DNA of 64,000 nucleotides from an uncultured Methanosarcinales archaeon. Its GTDB lineage: Archaea; Halobacteriota; Methanosarcinia; Methanotrichales; Methanotrichaceae. This document shows positions 21,260 to 30,751 of this stretch, in pieces. The DNA lies in NCBI GenBank assembly GCA_963843555.1, contig CAWJKV010000016.1:32001-96000 (forward strand). Reading direction: 5' to 3'. Both the position numbers and the translations under genes were made by a program. A model generated the notes under the pieces. The model worked only from the letters and a program-made list of their open reading frames with translations, searched no databases and was not told the DNA's origin. Within the stretch, counting starts at the first letter, position 1. Each line of letters starts with the position of its first letter.

Positions 21260-21445
21260 GCATGCTCCCGCGCATGGGTACCCGCTCGTGCGCACACGCG
21301 AGCCCGCCCGGATGGCAGCGCAGCAAGCCCGGCTGGCCAGGCCCGCTGGACTGCGGCGGCCACGAGCGCAGCCCGGGGCAACGGCCGCAATCGCAGTCGA
21401 TGGGCTGCCCGGTGCTGCTGCCAGGAGCCCGCAAGGATCGCAAAG
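21260..21445 (+). repeat. GC-rich inter-cassette repeat, copy 7
   Basis: Core at 21358-21373; GGATCGCAAA at 21435-21444. Confidence 0.85.
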
Positions 21446-21673
21446 CCGGAGGCCCCTTGATTGCTCCAAGGAGTCTCAAGTCTCTGCCTCTGTGTTCGGC
21501 CTGTGTTAATTGATATAATTATCTGACAATAATACTAAATCATAATCTCTTTCCAAAATCCGGTCTGCTGAATTGCCTCCCACCAGAGGCTTTCGTCACC
21601 TGGCCCCAGTCCCGACCGAGGAATTGCGAGCTAAAAGCTATATCCCATCACTGACAATAACTTCAAAGCGGCA

Positions 21674-21904
21674 ATGGATAAAGCGGTCTATGAGATCATT
21701 GACGATCCAGAGCCCTTTTATGGCGAGATACCGGAGCTTCAGGGTGTCTGGGCTTCAGGAAAGACATTGGAGGCCTGCCGTGACACCCTCATGAGCGCCC
21801 AGGAAGACTGGATTGCCTTCCGCCTTAGAACGGGACGGTCCATTCCGCCGATAGGTGGAGCTTCAATCGCAGTTTCATTGGAGCCGGTGAGCGTTGTTGA
21901 ATAA
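21674..21904 (+). CDS. HicB-family antitoxin (its partner is reduced to a short stub)
   Basis: FYGEIPELQGVWASGKTLEACRDTL....EDWI....IPPI. Confidence 0.8.
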   Translation: MDKAVYEIIDDPEPFYGEIPELQGVWASGKTLEACRDTLMSAQEDWIAFRLRTGRSIPPIGGASIAVSLEPVSVVE

Positions 21905-21917
21905 GCTCACTCCTGTC

Positions 21918-22400
21918 TTAGTAAAAACCTTTTGATTTTTCTCTACCTCAATAGTACGAGCAGCATAGCTGTTCTCTTTAAAAAAACCAGAGAATAAACT
22001 GTTGCCCGGAACACTCCAGTATCTTCGGCAAGTACTATAGACGGTGATACTTGATTCAATCCGTGCTGGCTAAGATCGTGGCCGACGACCGGAAATCCTG
22101 CCGCCGACACCGCATTGCCCAGAAAGACTATGGCTCGTTGCTCGGCATATTTTCCTTTAGCTTCATCCGCCCCTCAGGCAGCTCTGGATCAGTCCTCCGG
22201 AAATAGCTCACTGCTGCCAGCACAGCAATGATGAGAACCACCCAGTTGAGCCATCCCTGCCAGTAATGAAGTGTACCCGCCCAGAGCATAGACAATAACA
22301 GGAATTATAAGGGCCGCCTGGCCGAACCTGATTATCACAAGCTTCCTCAGCGCATTCAGCCTCTGCTGCTTAAAATTGCATCATCTCCTATTGCATCATC
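21918..22400 (-). pseudogene. Degraded isoprenylcysteine carboxyl methyltransferase-family membrane protein (5' part only)
   Basis: Fragments AGTLHYWQGW, TDPEL..GRM, FKENSYAARTIEVE, with stops and frameshifts; truncated before the GPY..VRHP motif. Confidence 0.55.
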
Positions 22401-22906
22401 ATGCTCTGTTCGAATTTTTCCATTGTCAAATCCCTTAGAATATTTGCTGATCGTCAAGATATTAAAAAAACGTGCACATTTCCAGGGGAAAACCTACAAA
22501 TCATAAGGTAGCGACCTTCATATTAAGAATTCTAATTGTCGATATTGATTTTATTGAATTTGCGGTCATGGCTATGATGGATGGGCCAGTTGATGTTTTC
22601 CGGGTGTCGCTCTGGAGGAAGATCCTGCAAAACATCTAGAAATGATTTGCGCAGAAATATGCAAATCTATCCAGAACCGAGCCGCCTTTCCTGGGGAATG
22701 GGCAGGAACCCTCATGGCAGAGGAACTATTGTATTTGCAAAAAGGCTCCGCAATATGCATATTACATATCTAGTAGAAAATTATCCAAAAAAGAATATTT
22801 CTATATATCTAGATTTTTCAGGCATTAACCACCAGAACGTATAAATATTATCGAGTGTCAATTTAGTCTAACCTGAAAGGGTTAAAGGGGTGAAATTATT
22901 AGACAA

Positions 22907-23329
22907 ATGGGAGTTCTATTGGTATTGGCTATGGCTATTCTATCCGTGCCAGTTATGGCGCAGGGCCAAAGCGGCAGCGGTAGCGTAGACATCCTCGGAA
23001 CCGGCATATATGAGACAACTGGAGCTGCCTTCAAGTTCCCGTATTTTGCGAACACTAACCTCGACCTTCTGTCGGTTGGAAATGATAAAGCTTTGGCCAT
23101 TGGGAGTATCTGGCAAACGACACCCATGACCATTGCCACGAACAACCTGGAGATCAAGAAGAATCAGGATTCTGGAGCGTGCGACTGCTGTACCAGCGGC
23201 GATTTATCCTGCCAGGACTGCTGCCTCAAGGTCAATCTGGAGCAGATCACAGTAGGAAACAGGGAGGCCATGGCGTTCGGAATGGCTGTTGCCACCAACA
23301 ATGTGAAGATCGTCACCAACCAGCAATAG
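22907..23329 (+). CDS. Secreted hypothetical protein with an internal beta-rich repeat and Cys cluster
   Basis: Signal peptide; repeats SVGNDKALAIG..ATNNLEIKKNQ and TVGNREAMAFG..ATNNVKIVTNQ. Confidence 0.75.
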   Translation: MGVLLVLAMAILSVPVMAQGQSGSGSVDILGTGIYETTGAAFKFPYFANTNLDLLSVGNDKALAIGSIWQTTPMTIATNNLEIKKNQDSGACDCCTSGDLSCQDCCLKVNLEQITVGNREAMAFGMAVATNNVKIVTNQQ

Positions 23330-23358
23330 CTCGAGGTCAGAAAGACCCAGGATCATTT

Positions 23359-24012
23359 ATGAATAAAATGCATGGACCCATCGGCCTCGCGCTGATGGGG
23401 GCCGCTTTTGTTTGTTTTTGTATTATGCTCAGCGCCTCGGCAGCCCATATGCCATCAAATCTGCCGGACTTGCAGAACGAGTTAAGGAAATCCAGCTCTG
23501 TTCCTTTTGAACAGATCCCGGACATGCAGCATCGTATTCGAGAACTCATGCCCCAATCATCGCCTTCCAAAGAAGAAGTCGATCTGTTGGGATCATCTCC
23601 AGTGGCCCAGGTTCCGGATCTAAAAGCGATAAATACAATCAAGCAAAGAGATATCGTCTATGATGAGGCCCAGAGTGGGGATCCTGAATCACAGGGTCTT
23701 GTCAATTCCATGGATGTCAGCATCACAGGCCAAGAGCCTGCAAAAAACGATGCTTTCGGCAAGGGTGGAAGTGGGGATGACATAGAAAAAATTGTTGATG
23801 ATGCATTTAACAATCGCATGGAAAATAAAAAGAATGATGGCAGAGCGAAGTCACAGCAGATGGGCAACAATCTGAACATCGATGTGAGCGGAATTTCCGT
23901 CAGCGCCCTGAATACTGTGGAAGGGGGCAGTGCGGTCGCCACCTCTAATATTATCATAAGACCGGTGCAGATCATCATAAGCCCATCCGAGGTTGAAGAG
24001 AAGCTGAAGTGA
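23359..24012 (+). CDS. Secreted hypothetical protein
   Basis: N-terminal hydrophobic signal; C-terminal beta-rich segment ending ATSNIIIRPVQ. Confidence 0.65.
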   Translation: MNKMHGPIGLALMGAAFVCFCIMLSASAAHMPSNLPDLQNELRKSSSVPFEQIPDMQHRIRELMPQSSPSKEEVDLLGSSPVAQVPDLKAINTIKQRDIVYDEAQSGDPESQGLVNSMDVSITGQEPAKNDAFGKGGSGDDIEKIVDDAFNNRMENKKNDGRAKSQQMGNNLNIDVSGISVSALNTVEGGSAVATSNIIIRPVQIIISPSEVEEKLK

Positions 24013-24138
24013 TTTGTGTAAAAATTTGGAAGTGGGCTTTGTACCAATCTTCGTGCAGAGACTCCATTTCCTCCTTTTCTTATTCGATTCTGAGCTATCA
24101 CAAACTATAAGGGTATTTTGTACCATCCTTTTGTCGAC

Positions 24139-25488
24139 ATGACCATTCAAAGACCGAGAGGCACCCGGGACTTTCTTCCTGAGGAGACATGGAAGCGCGG
24201 CAGAGTTCGCCTTGCTATGCAAGATGTGTTAGAGCGGTGGGGATACCAGGAAGTGGCCACACCCACTTTTGAACATCTAGAGCTATTCACCAAAAAATCA
24301 GGCGCATCCGTGATGGAGGAGATCTACAGCTTCCCGGACAAGGGTGGTCGCAACCTCGCCCTCCGGCCGGAGCTGACAGCTCCTGTGATGCGCATGTACG
24401 TCTCCGAGCTGCAGAATTCGCCGAAACCCCAGAGGCTCTACTATTTTGGCAACTGTTTCCGCTACGAGAGGCCCCAGAAAGGACGTTTCAGGGAGTTCTG
24501 GCAGCTAGGTGCGGAGCTGATTGGTGGAGCTAAGCCCGATTCGGAAGCCGAGGCAATATCCCTGGCAGACCAGATTCTGAAGAGCCTGGGTGTGAAGGGA
24601 GACATTCACGTCGGCTACCTGGGACTTATCCGGTCCCTGCTCGGCAAGATCAAGGCAGAAGATCGACCTCTATTGATGAGAATGATCGATAAAAAGGAGC
24701 GCGAGGCCCTGAAGGCCTTCTTGCAGGAGACCGGCCAGGGCCATCTCGGCCTGCTGGAATTGATCGATCTAAAAGGCAAAGAGGCCCTGGACAAGGCCCT
24801 GGAGATCGCCCAGGATCTGGGGCCGCTTGAACCCGCTGCGGCTCCCTCTACGAATATGCAAACGGAGCCTTCCCCGGGGGAGCGCAGTTCGGCTCGCCAG
24901 GGCAGGTCTGTAGGCGCAGAGCTCCGGCTGGATGAGTTTCAAGAGACCGTAGATCTTCTGGAGGCCTATGGGGTCGACTTCCAAATAGACTTTGAGATTG
25001 TGCGCGGCCTGGAGTACTACTCCGGAACGGTCTTTGAGATCTATGCGGAGGGGCTGGGCGCACAGCGCCAGATCTGCGGCGGAGGCACATACGAACTGGC
25101 CAGCCTCTTTGGGGGTAAGGAGACCTCTTCTACGGGCTTTGGCCTGGGATTTGATCGCATAATGGAGATAGTGCAGATAGTCGAGAAGCGAAGGTCGCCC
25201 GTCTTTTTGGTCTATATGCCTGATGTCAAAGTAGAGGCAATTAGGATCGCGAATAAGCTGCGCCAGATGAATCAGAATGTTCCGGTCGTGCTGGATGTCA
25301 TGGGCCGGAGCCTGACGGCACAACTTAAGGCAGCTTCCAGCGCGGGAGCAGAGTTTGTGGTAATAATTGGCAAAGACGAGCTGGATGCCGGATCTCTCAC
25401 CTTGCGGGATATGAAAGGTGGCAAGCAGGAGAGCCTGACGCTGGGGGTTATCGAGGAGCGGCTGAGGGCGCATTTTCGGGTTTCGTAA
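24139..25488 (+). CDS. hisS: Histidine--tRNA ligase
   Basis: RPRGTRDF, LRPELT, FRYERPQKGRFREFWQ, RGLEYYSG, GGGTY, GFGLGFDR. Confidence 0.96.
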   Translation: MTIQRPRGTRDFLPEETWKRGRVRLAMQDVLERWGYQEVATPTFEHLELFTKKSGASVMEEIYSFPDKGGRNLALRPELTAPVMRMYVSELQNSPKPQRLYYFGNCFRYERPQKGRFREFWQLGAELIGGAKPDSEAEAISLADQILKSLGVKGDIHVGYLGLIRSLLGKIKAEDRPLLMRMIDKKEREALKAFLQETGQGHLGLLELIDLKGKEALDKALEIAQDLGPLEPAAAPSTNMQTEPSPGERSSARQGRSVGAELRLDEFQETVDLLEAYGVDFQIDFEIVRGLEYYSGTVFEIYAEGLGAQRQICGGGTYELASLFGGKETSSTGFGLGFDRIMEIVQIVEKRRSPVFLVYMPDVKVEAIRIANKLRQMNQNVPVVLDVMGRSLTAQLKAASSAGAEFVVIIGKDELDAGSLTLRDMKGGKQESLTLGVIEERLRAHFRVS

Positions 25489-25558
25489 GAGCCAGGCTTA
25501 GACGGATGAGGGGCTTCTTCTCGGGAAGGCCTTTTCATTCGTATTACTTTATGCCCAA

Positions 25559-25699
25559 TTAGGTGGATGAGGCGGATAGTATTATCAATAGGAAGAAGGC
25601 CAGGGCCAAAGATAAAATAAGCATAATGTCATGATATTTGTTCTTCAGCAGACCATCCATAACCGTATTACTCCACCGTTGATCCTCAAGATCTGACAT
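25559..25699 (-). CDS. Putative 46-aa single-pass membrane protein (not in ORF track)
   Basis: MSDLEDQRWSNTVMDGLLKNKYHDIMLILSLALAFFLLIILSASST; purine-rich RBS-like sequence upstream. Confidence 0.4.
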   Translation of the reverse strand: MSDLEDQRWSNTVMDGLLKNKYHDIMLILSLALAFFLLIILSASST

Positions 25700-25880
25700 A
25701 ACCATCCCCCTATAATCTCCTGTAATATTATACGGTGTTTAGCTTTAAGTAGTTTTTTATGAATACATCTCAATTAATATGAGTATTACGGACGAGGCTG
25801 TAGGGAAGAGGCTGTAGATACTCTTACTATGACATAACAATTTTTAAAATAAAAATTTAAAAATAGAACATCCAAAAGGA

Positions 25881-26438
25881 TTAAAGCAGCCCCATGTTTT
25901 CGAGCTGCATCCTGACGATCCGCACACCTTCTTCGCACTCCTCAGGAGATTTGCCGCCCGTCACGACCAGTTTGCCGGAGCTGAATATTAGCACGACCAC
26001 CTTGGGAACTTTTATCCTGTAAACGAGTCCCGGAAACTGCTCTGGTTCGTACTCAATATTCTCCAGTCCCAGACCGAGGGCGATAGCGTTCAGATTCAAG
26101 TCAGTCTTCAGATCTGCAGAGGCCACAATGTTTTGAACGTGGATCTCGGGCTCCAGATCGATCTTCTCGAAGCCTATGGATTTGAGCGTCTTGGCCATAT
26201 TGGTTATGACTGTACGAACATCTTCGACGTTCTTGGCTCCGGTGCATACTACCTTGCCGGAAGTGAATATGAGAAAGGCAGCTCTTGGAGCCTTTACCCT
26301 GTAGACGAGGCCGGGGAACTTCTCCTTGTTATATTCAGCGCCCTCCAGCTCGGCCTCGATCTTATGCAGATCAAACTCTTCTGCCAGCTTGGTGGATGCC
26401 ACCACGTTCTCTATATTTATTGTGGACTCCATACTCAA
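25881..26438 (-). CDS. tbp: TATA-box-binding protein
   Basis: Two repeats NVVAS...FPGLVYR...IFTSGK and NIVAS...[11 protein letters not shown]...IFSSGK. Confidence 0.98.
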   Translation of the reverse strand: MSMESTINIENVVASTKLAEEFDLHKIEAELEGAEYNKEKFPGLVYRVKAPRAAFLIFTSGKVVCTGAKNVEDVRTVITNMAKTLKSIGFEKIDLEPEIHVQNIVASADLKTDLNLNAIALGLGLENIEYEPEQFPGLVYRIKVPKVVVLIFSSGKLVVTGGKSPEECEEGVRIVRMQLENMGLL

Positions 26439-26604
26439 GTATCTCCAGTACTACTCTTATAAACTGGGTGTATATATACATGAGTATTTAAGATTTATAA
26501 ACGGCTTATAAATGGTTTATAAACTGGCCGAAGAACGACATCGCCTTATGGAGAATCTGTTACGATTAGAATCTATTATGATTAAATGATAGAAAAAGCC
26601 AAAA

Positions 26605-26693
26605 AGCCGCCGATGGGATTCGAACCCATGAACTGCTGATCTTTCGGACTATCTTACGAATCAGCCGCTTTAACCGGGCTAAGCCACGGCGGC
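26605..26693 (-). tRNA. tRNA-Thr(CGT) with a 14-nt intron at position 37/38 (26641-26654)
   Basis: Cloverleaf GCCGCCG/CGGCGGC, T-loop TTCGAAT; bulge-helix-bulge GCTGA-TTCG-TAA-GA(TAG)TC-CGAA-AGA-TCAGC. Confidence 0.93.
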
Positions 26694-26728
26694 CCTCAAA
26701 GTCTCTACTAGCAAATGCAGATGCCAAT

Positions 26729-28000
26729 TTAAGATTTGCGATCCTCACACGAGATCAGCTCAGGCACCATCTCTTGCTCAATGATCTCCTCCGCCAGCTG
26801 GGGCAGGAATATCCCGATATCCGTCACGAGGCCGATGGCCTGAGCCGATCCCCGGTCCATGAGCTTGGTTACGGTTGCTGGATTGATATCGACGCAGATG
26901 GTCTTAACAAAGGATGGCAGCAAATTGCCCACTGCAATAGAATGCAACATAGTGCCCAGCATTATGGTCATGTCCACGCCTCGCAGCGCCTTGTCCATAG
27001 CATCCTTGGCTTTTGCCGTGTCCGTGATTACCTCTGGAAGCGGCCCGTCGTCGCGAATGGAACCTGCCAGAATAAAAGTGATCCCTTTCTTCACAGCCTC
27101 ATACATGACCCCGCCTTTGAGCTTACCCTCCAAAATGGCATTGCGGATTGAGCCGCTAGCCATGATCTCGCTGATAGCGTAAAGATGGTTCCTATGGCCT
27201 CCGGAGATGGCATTTCCCGAGCAGTTCATGCCCAGGCTTGTGCCAAAGAGCTGGCGCTCGATATCATGCACCGCTACGGCATTTCCCGCCAGCAACACAT
27301 CCACGTATCCATCTCGAATTAGTTTGGCAAGTGATGGCGCCGCACCGGTGTGGACTACGGCCGGCCCACAGACCACGGCAATCTTCCCCCCCGCCTTCTT
27401 GGTCCTGACGATTTCGCCGGCCAATTGGCGGACGAGCTCACCGCTGGGCCTCTCTGAGGATACTTCATTGGACATGAATCCAAAGAATGTCTTCTCCCTG
27501 GGGCGCTCGGGCGGCACAACCTTGACCCCTGTTGTTCCAATCACTACCCTATCGCCTTTTTTGATATGGCCGATGGGCGTACACGCCGCCTTGCCATCTT
27601 CAAGGACGATGAGGCAATCCATGTGGTTGTAATCAACCTCCACCCACGAGCCCTGGTAGCGCACGTAGGTGGGATGATTGGTGGTAGAATAAAAACCTCT
27701 GGGAACGACCATGTCTCCTGGTGCTATGCCCGTCCGGACGTCCTCCATCTCAACAAGCTGGGCCCCCAGGGCATGCAGCTCCAGGAGCACCCTGTCCAGA
27801 TGAGCGGCATCCTCGCCTGTGACTGTGATCTGCACATAGCTGGTATCGTTCTTCTTCTGGCCTATCTGAAAGCTCTTGATCTCGAACTCGCCACCCATGT
27901 CCATGATCTTATCCAGCACCCGGGTCAACATCTGCGAGTCGATGAGATGGCCTTCCATCTCAATATCTGCAATCTCGGTCATAAGTTCGCTCTTCACCAC
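26729..28000 (-). CDS. TIGR00300-family (LOR/SDH domain) protein, ornithine cyclodeaminase-like
   Basis: EGHLIDS, GFYSTTNHPT, FMSNEVSSER, GPAVVHTG, AGSIRDDGPLP, KLMDRGSAQ. Confidence 0.88.
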   Translation of the reverse strand: MVKSELMTEIADIEMEGHLIDSQMLTRVLDKIMDMGGEFEIKSFQIGQKKNDTSYVQITVTGEDAAHLDRVLLELHALGAQLVEMEDVRTGIAPGDMVVPRGFYSTTNHPTYVRYQGSWVEVDYNHMDCLIVLEDGKAACTPIGHIKKGDRVVIGTTGVKVVPPERPREKTFFGFMSNEVSSERPSGELVRQLAGEIVRTKKAGGKIAVVCGPAVVHTGAAPSLAKLIRDGYVDVLLAGNAVAVHDIERQLFGTSLGMNCSGNAISGGHRNHLYAISEIMASGSIRNAILEGKLKGGVMYEAVKKGITFILAGSIRDDGPLPEVITDTAKAKDAMDKALRGVDMTIMLGTMLHSIAVGNLLPSFVKTICVDINPATVTKLMDRGSAQAIGLVTDIGIFLPQLAEEIIEQEMVPELISCEDRKS

Positions 28001-29115
28001 ATCTCTCCGTCCAGGAGCGCCTGGGTTTTATCGTTTGTGCTCATGATGAGTTTGGTGATCCTTATCAGATAACCGTCATCTTCGGGCACTGGCTGGTCGA
28101 AGATAGCCCGAATTCCACTCCTGCGAAGATGATACTCAAATTCCCTGGCCGTTACCAGGCTTTTCACCCGAATCTGCACCTTCTGAACGATATTTTCTTT
28201 GTCCTGCTTTCTCTGGATGGTGTCAACCAGCGGCAAGAGAATGCTCTCCCCCAGGCGCAGAGCCCTCACTTTCCGCTCCTCTGCCGACTCCATCCACTCC
28301 ATGGACTGAAAGCCTTCACGAACTGCTCGGGATACAAAGAAGTCCAGAGCATAGTCATTATAGTAGCGAAAGGCTATCTTCAGGTCGCCGCAATTGGTCT
28401 CGGAGCTGGTATATTTCAGGGGTGCCACCTTATTTTCCGGGTCCTTCATCACCACGCCTTCTCGCCCCTGCCGCCCAAGCTTAATCACAATCTGTTTGAT
28501 CCTTTCCGGTGCGATCTCTTTACGAAATTCGCCCAGGAAGGCCGCAGTCTTCAGGCCGAATTCCTGGGCAAATTCGTGCGTCCTTTGCACACCAAGAGTG
28601 CCTTTCCGGTTTTTTTGAGCAATGTCGAAGAGATAGAAGTCGATGGTATCCGTGGGATAGATATCCTTGGGTACATAGGGGTTTTCCGGGCCCACCATCT
28701 CGCCGCACATGACCAGGTTGGGGTTCTCTTCGAATACCTCCCCCGGCAGAAGACTGGCCGCCACTTCAGTGGAATAAGGACAGATAAATCCACCTCTAGT
28801 AAGGGCCACCAACTCTCCGTCTATGGATAAGACGCGCACATTGTGGCCGTTCATCTTCTCCTCGACCGCGACATTGTCGGAAAAATGCCTCTTTATCGCC
28901 GCTCCGAGCATGAGGGGACGGCGGATCTTTGGATAGCCATAGACGACCTCGCCACTCTTAAAAACAACTGTACCGGCCTCGATCCCCGAGGTCTCTTTTT
29001 CAAACCTCAGAAGTCGAGGCTCGGGCCAGTTCGACTCTCTGATTATAGTCTCTTGCAGGCCTTGCAGCCGATCTTCACTTATTCCCAGTCTATCTGCAAC
29101 TTTTCCGAGATTCAT
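27994..29115 (-). CDS. ATP-dependent RNA ligase (Rnl3/Pab1020 family)
   Basis: GYPKIRR, EEKMNG.NVR (KxxG), TRGGFICPYS, GEMVGPENPY, REGVVMKD. Confidence 0.9.
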   Translation of the reverse strand: MNLGKVADRLGISEDRLQGLQETIIRESNWPEPRLLRFEKETSGIEAGTVVFKSGEVVYGYPKIRRPLMLGAAIKRHFSDNVAVEEKMNGHNVRVLSIDGELVALTRGGFICPYSTEVAASLLPGEVFEENPNLVMCGEMVGPENPYVPKDIYPTDTIDFYLFDIAQKNRKGTLGVQRTHEFAQEFGLKTAAFLGEFRKEIAPERIKQIVIKLGRQGREGVVMKDPENKVAPLKYTSSETNCGDLKIAFRYYNDYALDFFVSRAVREGFQSMEWMESAEERKVRALRLGESILLPLVDTIQRKQDKENIVQKVQIRVKSLVTAREFEYHLRRSGIRAIFDQPVPEDDGYLIRITKLIMSTNDKTQALLDGEMW

Positions 29116-29900
29116 CTGGTCCTCACCAGATAATCTAAGATAGACCGCCTGGTGATCATGCCCACTACCTCTTCTCGATGGTTGAGAACGGGTAGGCCGC
29201 CTTTGTTCTCGGTGAGAATTATCGACTTTACCTCCTCCAGAGGAGTATCGGCGTAGACGTACCTGACATCATGGGTCATCACATCTGAGACCAGGATGTT
29301 GAAGATGCGGGCGTACTGCTTGCTGGCGGTGTCGTTCAGGTCCCGGAAGGCGCGCATGGATGTGGCCATGTCCTTCTCCGTTATTATGCCCACCAGCCGG
29401 CCTGCCTCCACTACGGGAAGCCTTCCTACGTCTCTGTCCAGCATCATGTGCCGGGCGTGAACCAGCCGGTCATTGGGGTTAGCAGTTAGGGGAAATCTCA
29501 TGGCGTCGGATGCCATGCCGCTCACATTTACGGCCGCCAGGATCTCTCTCGGCCGGACCCAGCCCAGAATCTTGTCGCCATCCACCGCTACCAGCACCGA
29601 GGTCTTCTGCAAGAGGATCATGGCATCGTCCACGCCCATATCCGGCAGGACCTTGATTACGGCATCCATAGTAGCTGACGCTACATGAAGAGAGGAGGCA
29701 GGCATGCCCAGTGATTTTCGGGTGCCAAGAACTCGAGCGATCTGTCTCGTAGTGATTATGCCGCCCATCTTGTCCTTATTGGTCACCAGGAGCCTACGCT
29801 GATCATTTTTCTCCATCAAATCCAGTGCATGGCTAATGCGCTCGGATTTATCGATAGTCATAGGCTCTGTCATGATGTCCTTTACCTGCATTACTTCCAC
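29112..29900 (-). CDS. CBS-domain protein
   Basis: Four CBS motifs. Confidence 0.9.
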   Translation of the reverse strand: MEVMQVKDIMTEPMTIDKSERISHALDLMEKNDQRRLLVTNKDKMGGIITTRQIARVLGTRKSLGMPASSLHVASATMDAVIKVLPDMGVDDAMILLQKTSVLVAVDGDKILGWVRPREILAAVNVSGMASDAMRFPLTANPNDRLVHARHMMLDRDVGRLPVVEAGRLVGIITEKDMATSMRAFRDLNDTASKQYARIFNILVSDVMTHDVRYVYADTPLEEVKSIILTENKGGLPVLNHREEVVGMITRRSILDYLVRTR

Positions 29901-30751
29901 CTCCCGATCTCGGCGATGATCTCATCGGCTGAGAAGAATCCCACAACTTCGTTGTTCTCCGTAACAGGCATGCCGATGATGTGTTTTTCCTCAAGCGTTT
30001 TGCTGGCCTCAACGGCCTTTATCTCCGGGCTGAGAGAGAATATCGGCGAGGTCATGATATCCTCGGCCACGAAAGGCATCTGCTTCACGTACCGATACTG
30101 TTTTCTGCCTGCAGTGCTCTCTTTCCTGGTCATCTTGATGTTCTTGGTCTCCATCTCATCCTTGGGCCCCATCATCTCCGAGAATGTGAGGCCTGACCTG
30201 GTCACTATGCCCACGGGAGTCGTATTGTCCTCATAGACCAGCGCGCGGCTGACGCCTTGCACATTCATCTCCTCCAGTACATGGCCGATGGTATGATGAC
30301 GGTGCACATTCAAGATGTTCTTACTCATCAGGTCGCCCACAGTCGCTTTGATGTCTTGCTCTGAGAAGTACTTCACCATATCACGGGATGTGATCATGCC
30401 CACTATCTCATCATCGCGTTCTACGGGCAAGCCACTGATATCGTTTTCTATCAAGAGCTCTGCTGCCTGGGACATGGTGGCATCGGGGAATATGGTGATG
30501 GGTTTCTCAGTCATAACCACCTGGATGGGGACCTTGTCTATGGGCCGTCTGCGCCACTCCGGAGACGCCTGGCTGAGCCGGTTGGTGATATCGTACTTGG
30601 TAACTATGCCCACCAGCTTGCCGCCGTCCATTACAGGCATTCTGCCAATGCCGTACTTGAACATCAGATTCCTGGCCCTTTGGATGGGCTCGTTTCGCTC
30701 AATGACATATATGGGAGCGCTCATGTAATCTTTGACTTTCTTTATGATCAT
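29891..30751 (-). CDS. CBS-domain protein
   Basis: Four CBS motifs, WRRRPID signature. Confidence 0.9.
   Translation of the reverse strand: MIIKKVKDYMSAPIYVIERNEPIQRARNLMFKYGIGRMPVMDGGKLVGIVTKYDITNRLSQASPEWRRRPIDKVPIQVVMTEKPITIFPDATMSQAAELLIENDISGLPVERDDEIVGMITSRDMVKYFSEQDIKATVGDLMSKNILNVHRHHTIGHVLEEMNVQGVSRALVYEDNTTPVGIVTRSGLTFSEMMGPKDEMETKNIKMTRKESTAGRKQYRYVKQMPFVAEDIMTSPIFSLSPEIKAVEASKTLEEKHIIGMPVTENNEVVGFFSADEIIAEIGRWK

Noticed and set aside
15380..21445. CRISPR array or classical integron interpretation of the GC-rich repeats
   Set aside because: Units are long and degenerate, separated by whole genes, with no cas genes, no AAC/GTT R boxes and no intI
15200..21513. Arg/Pro/Ala-rich ORFs overlapping the repeat copies (e.g. 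15242-15619, 19431-19754, 20459-20881, 21142-21513)
   Set aside because: Frames are not preserved between copies; they are by-products of stop-poor GC-rich sequence
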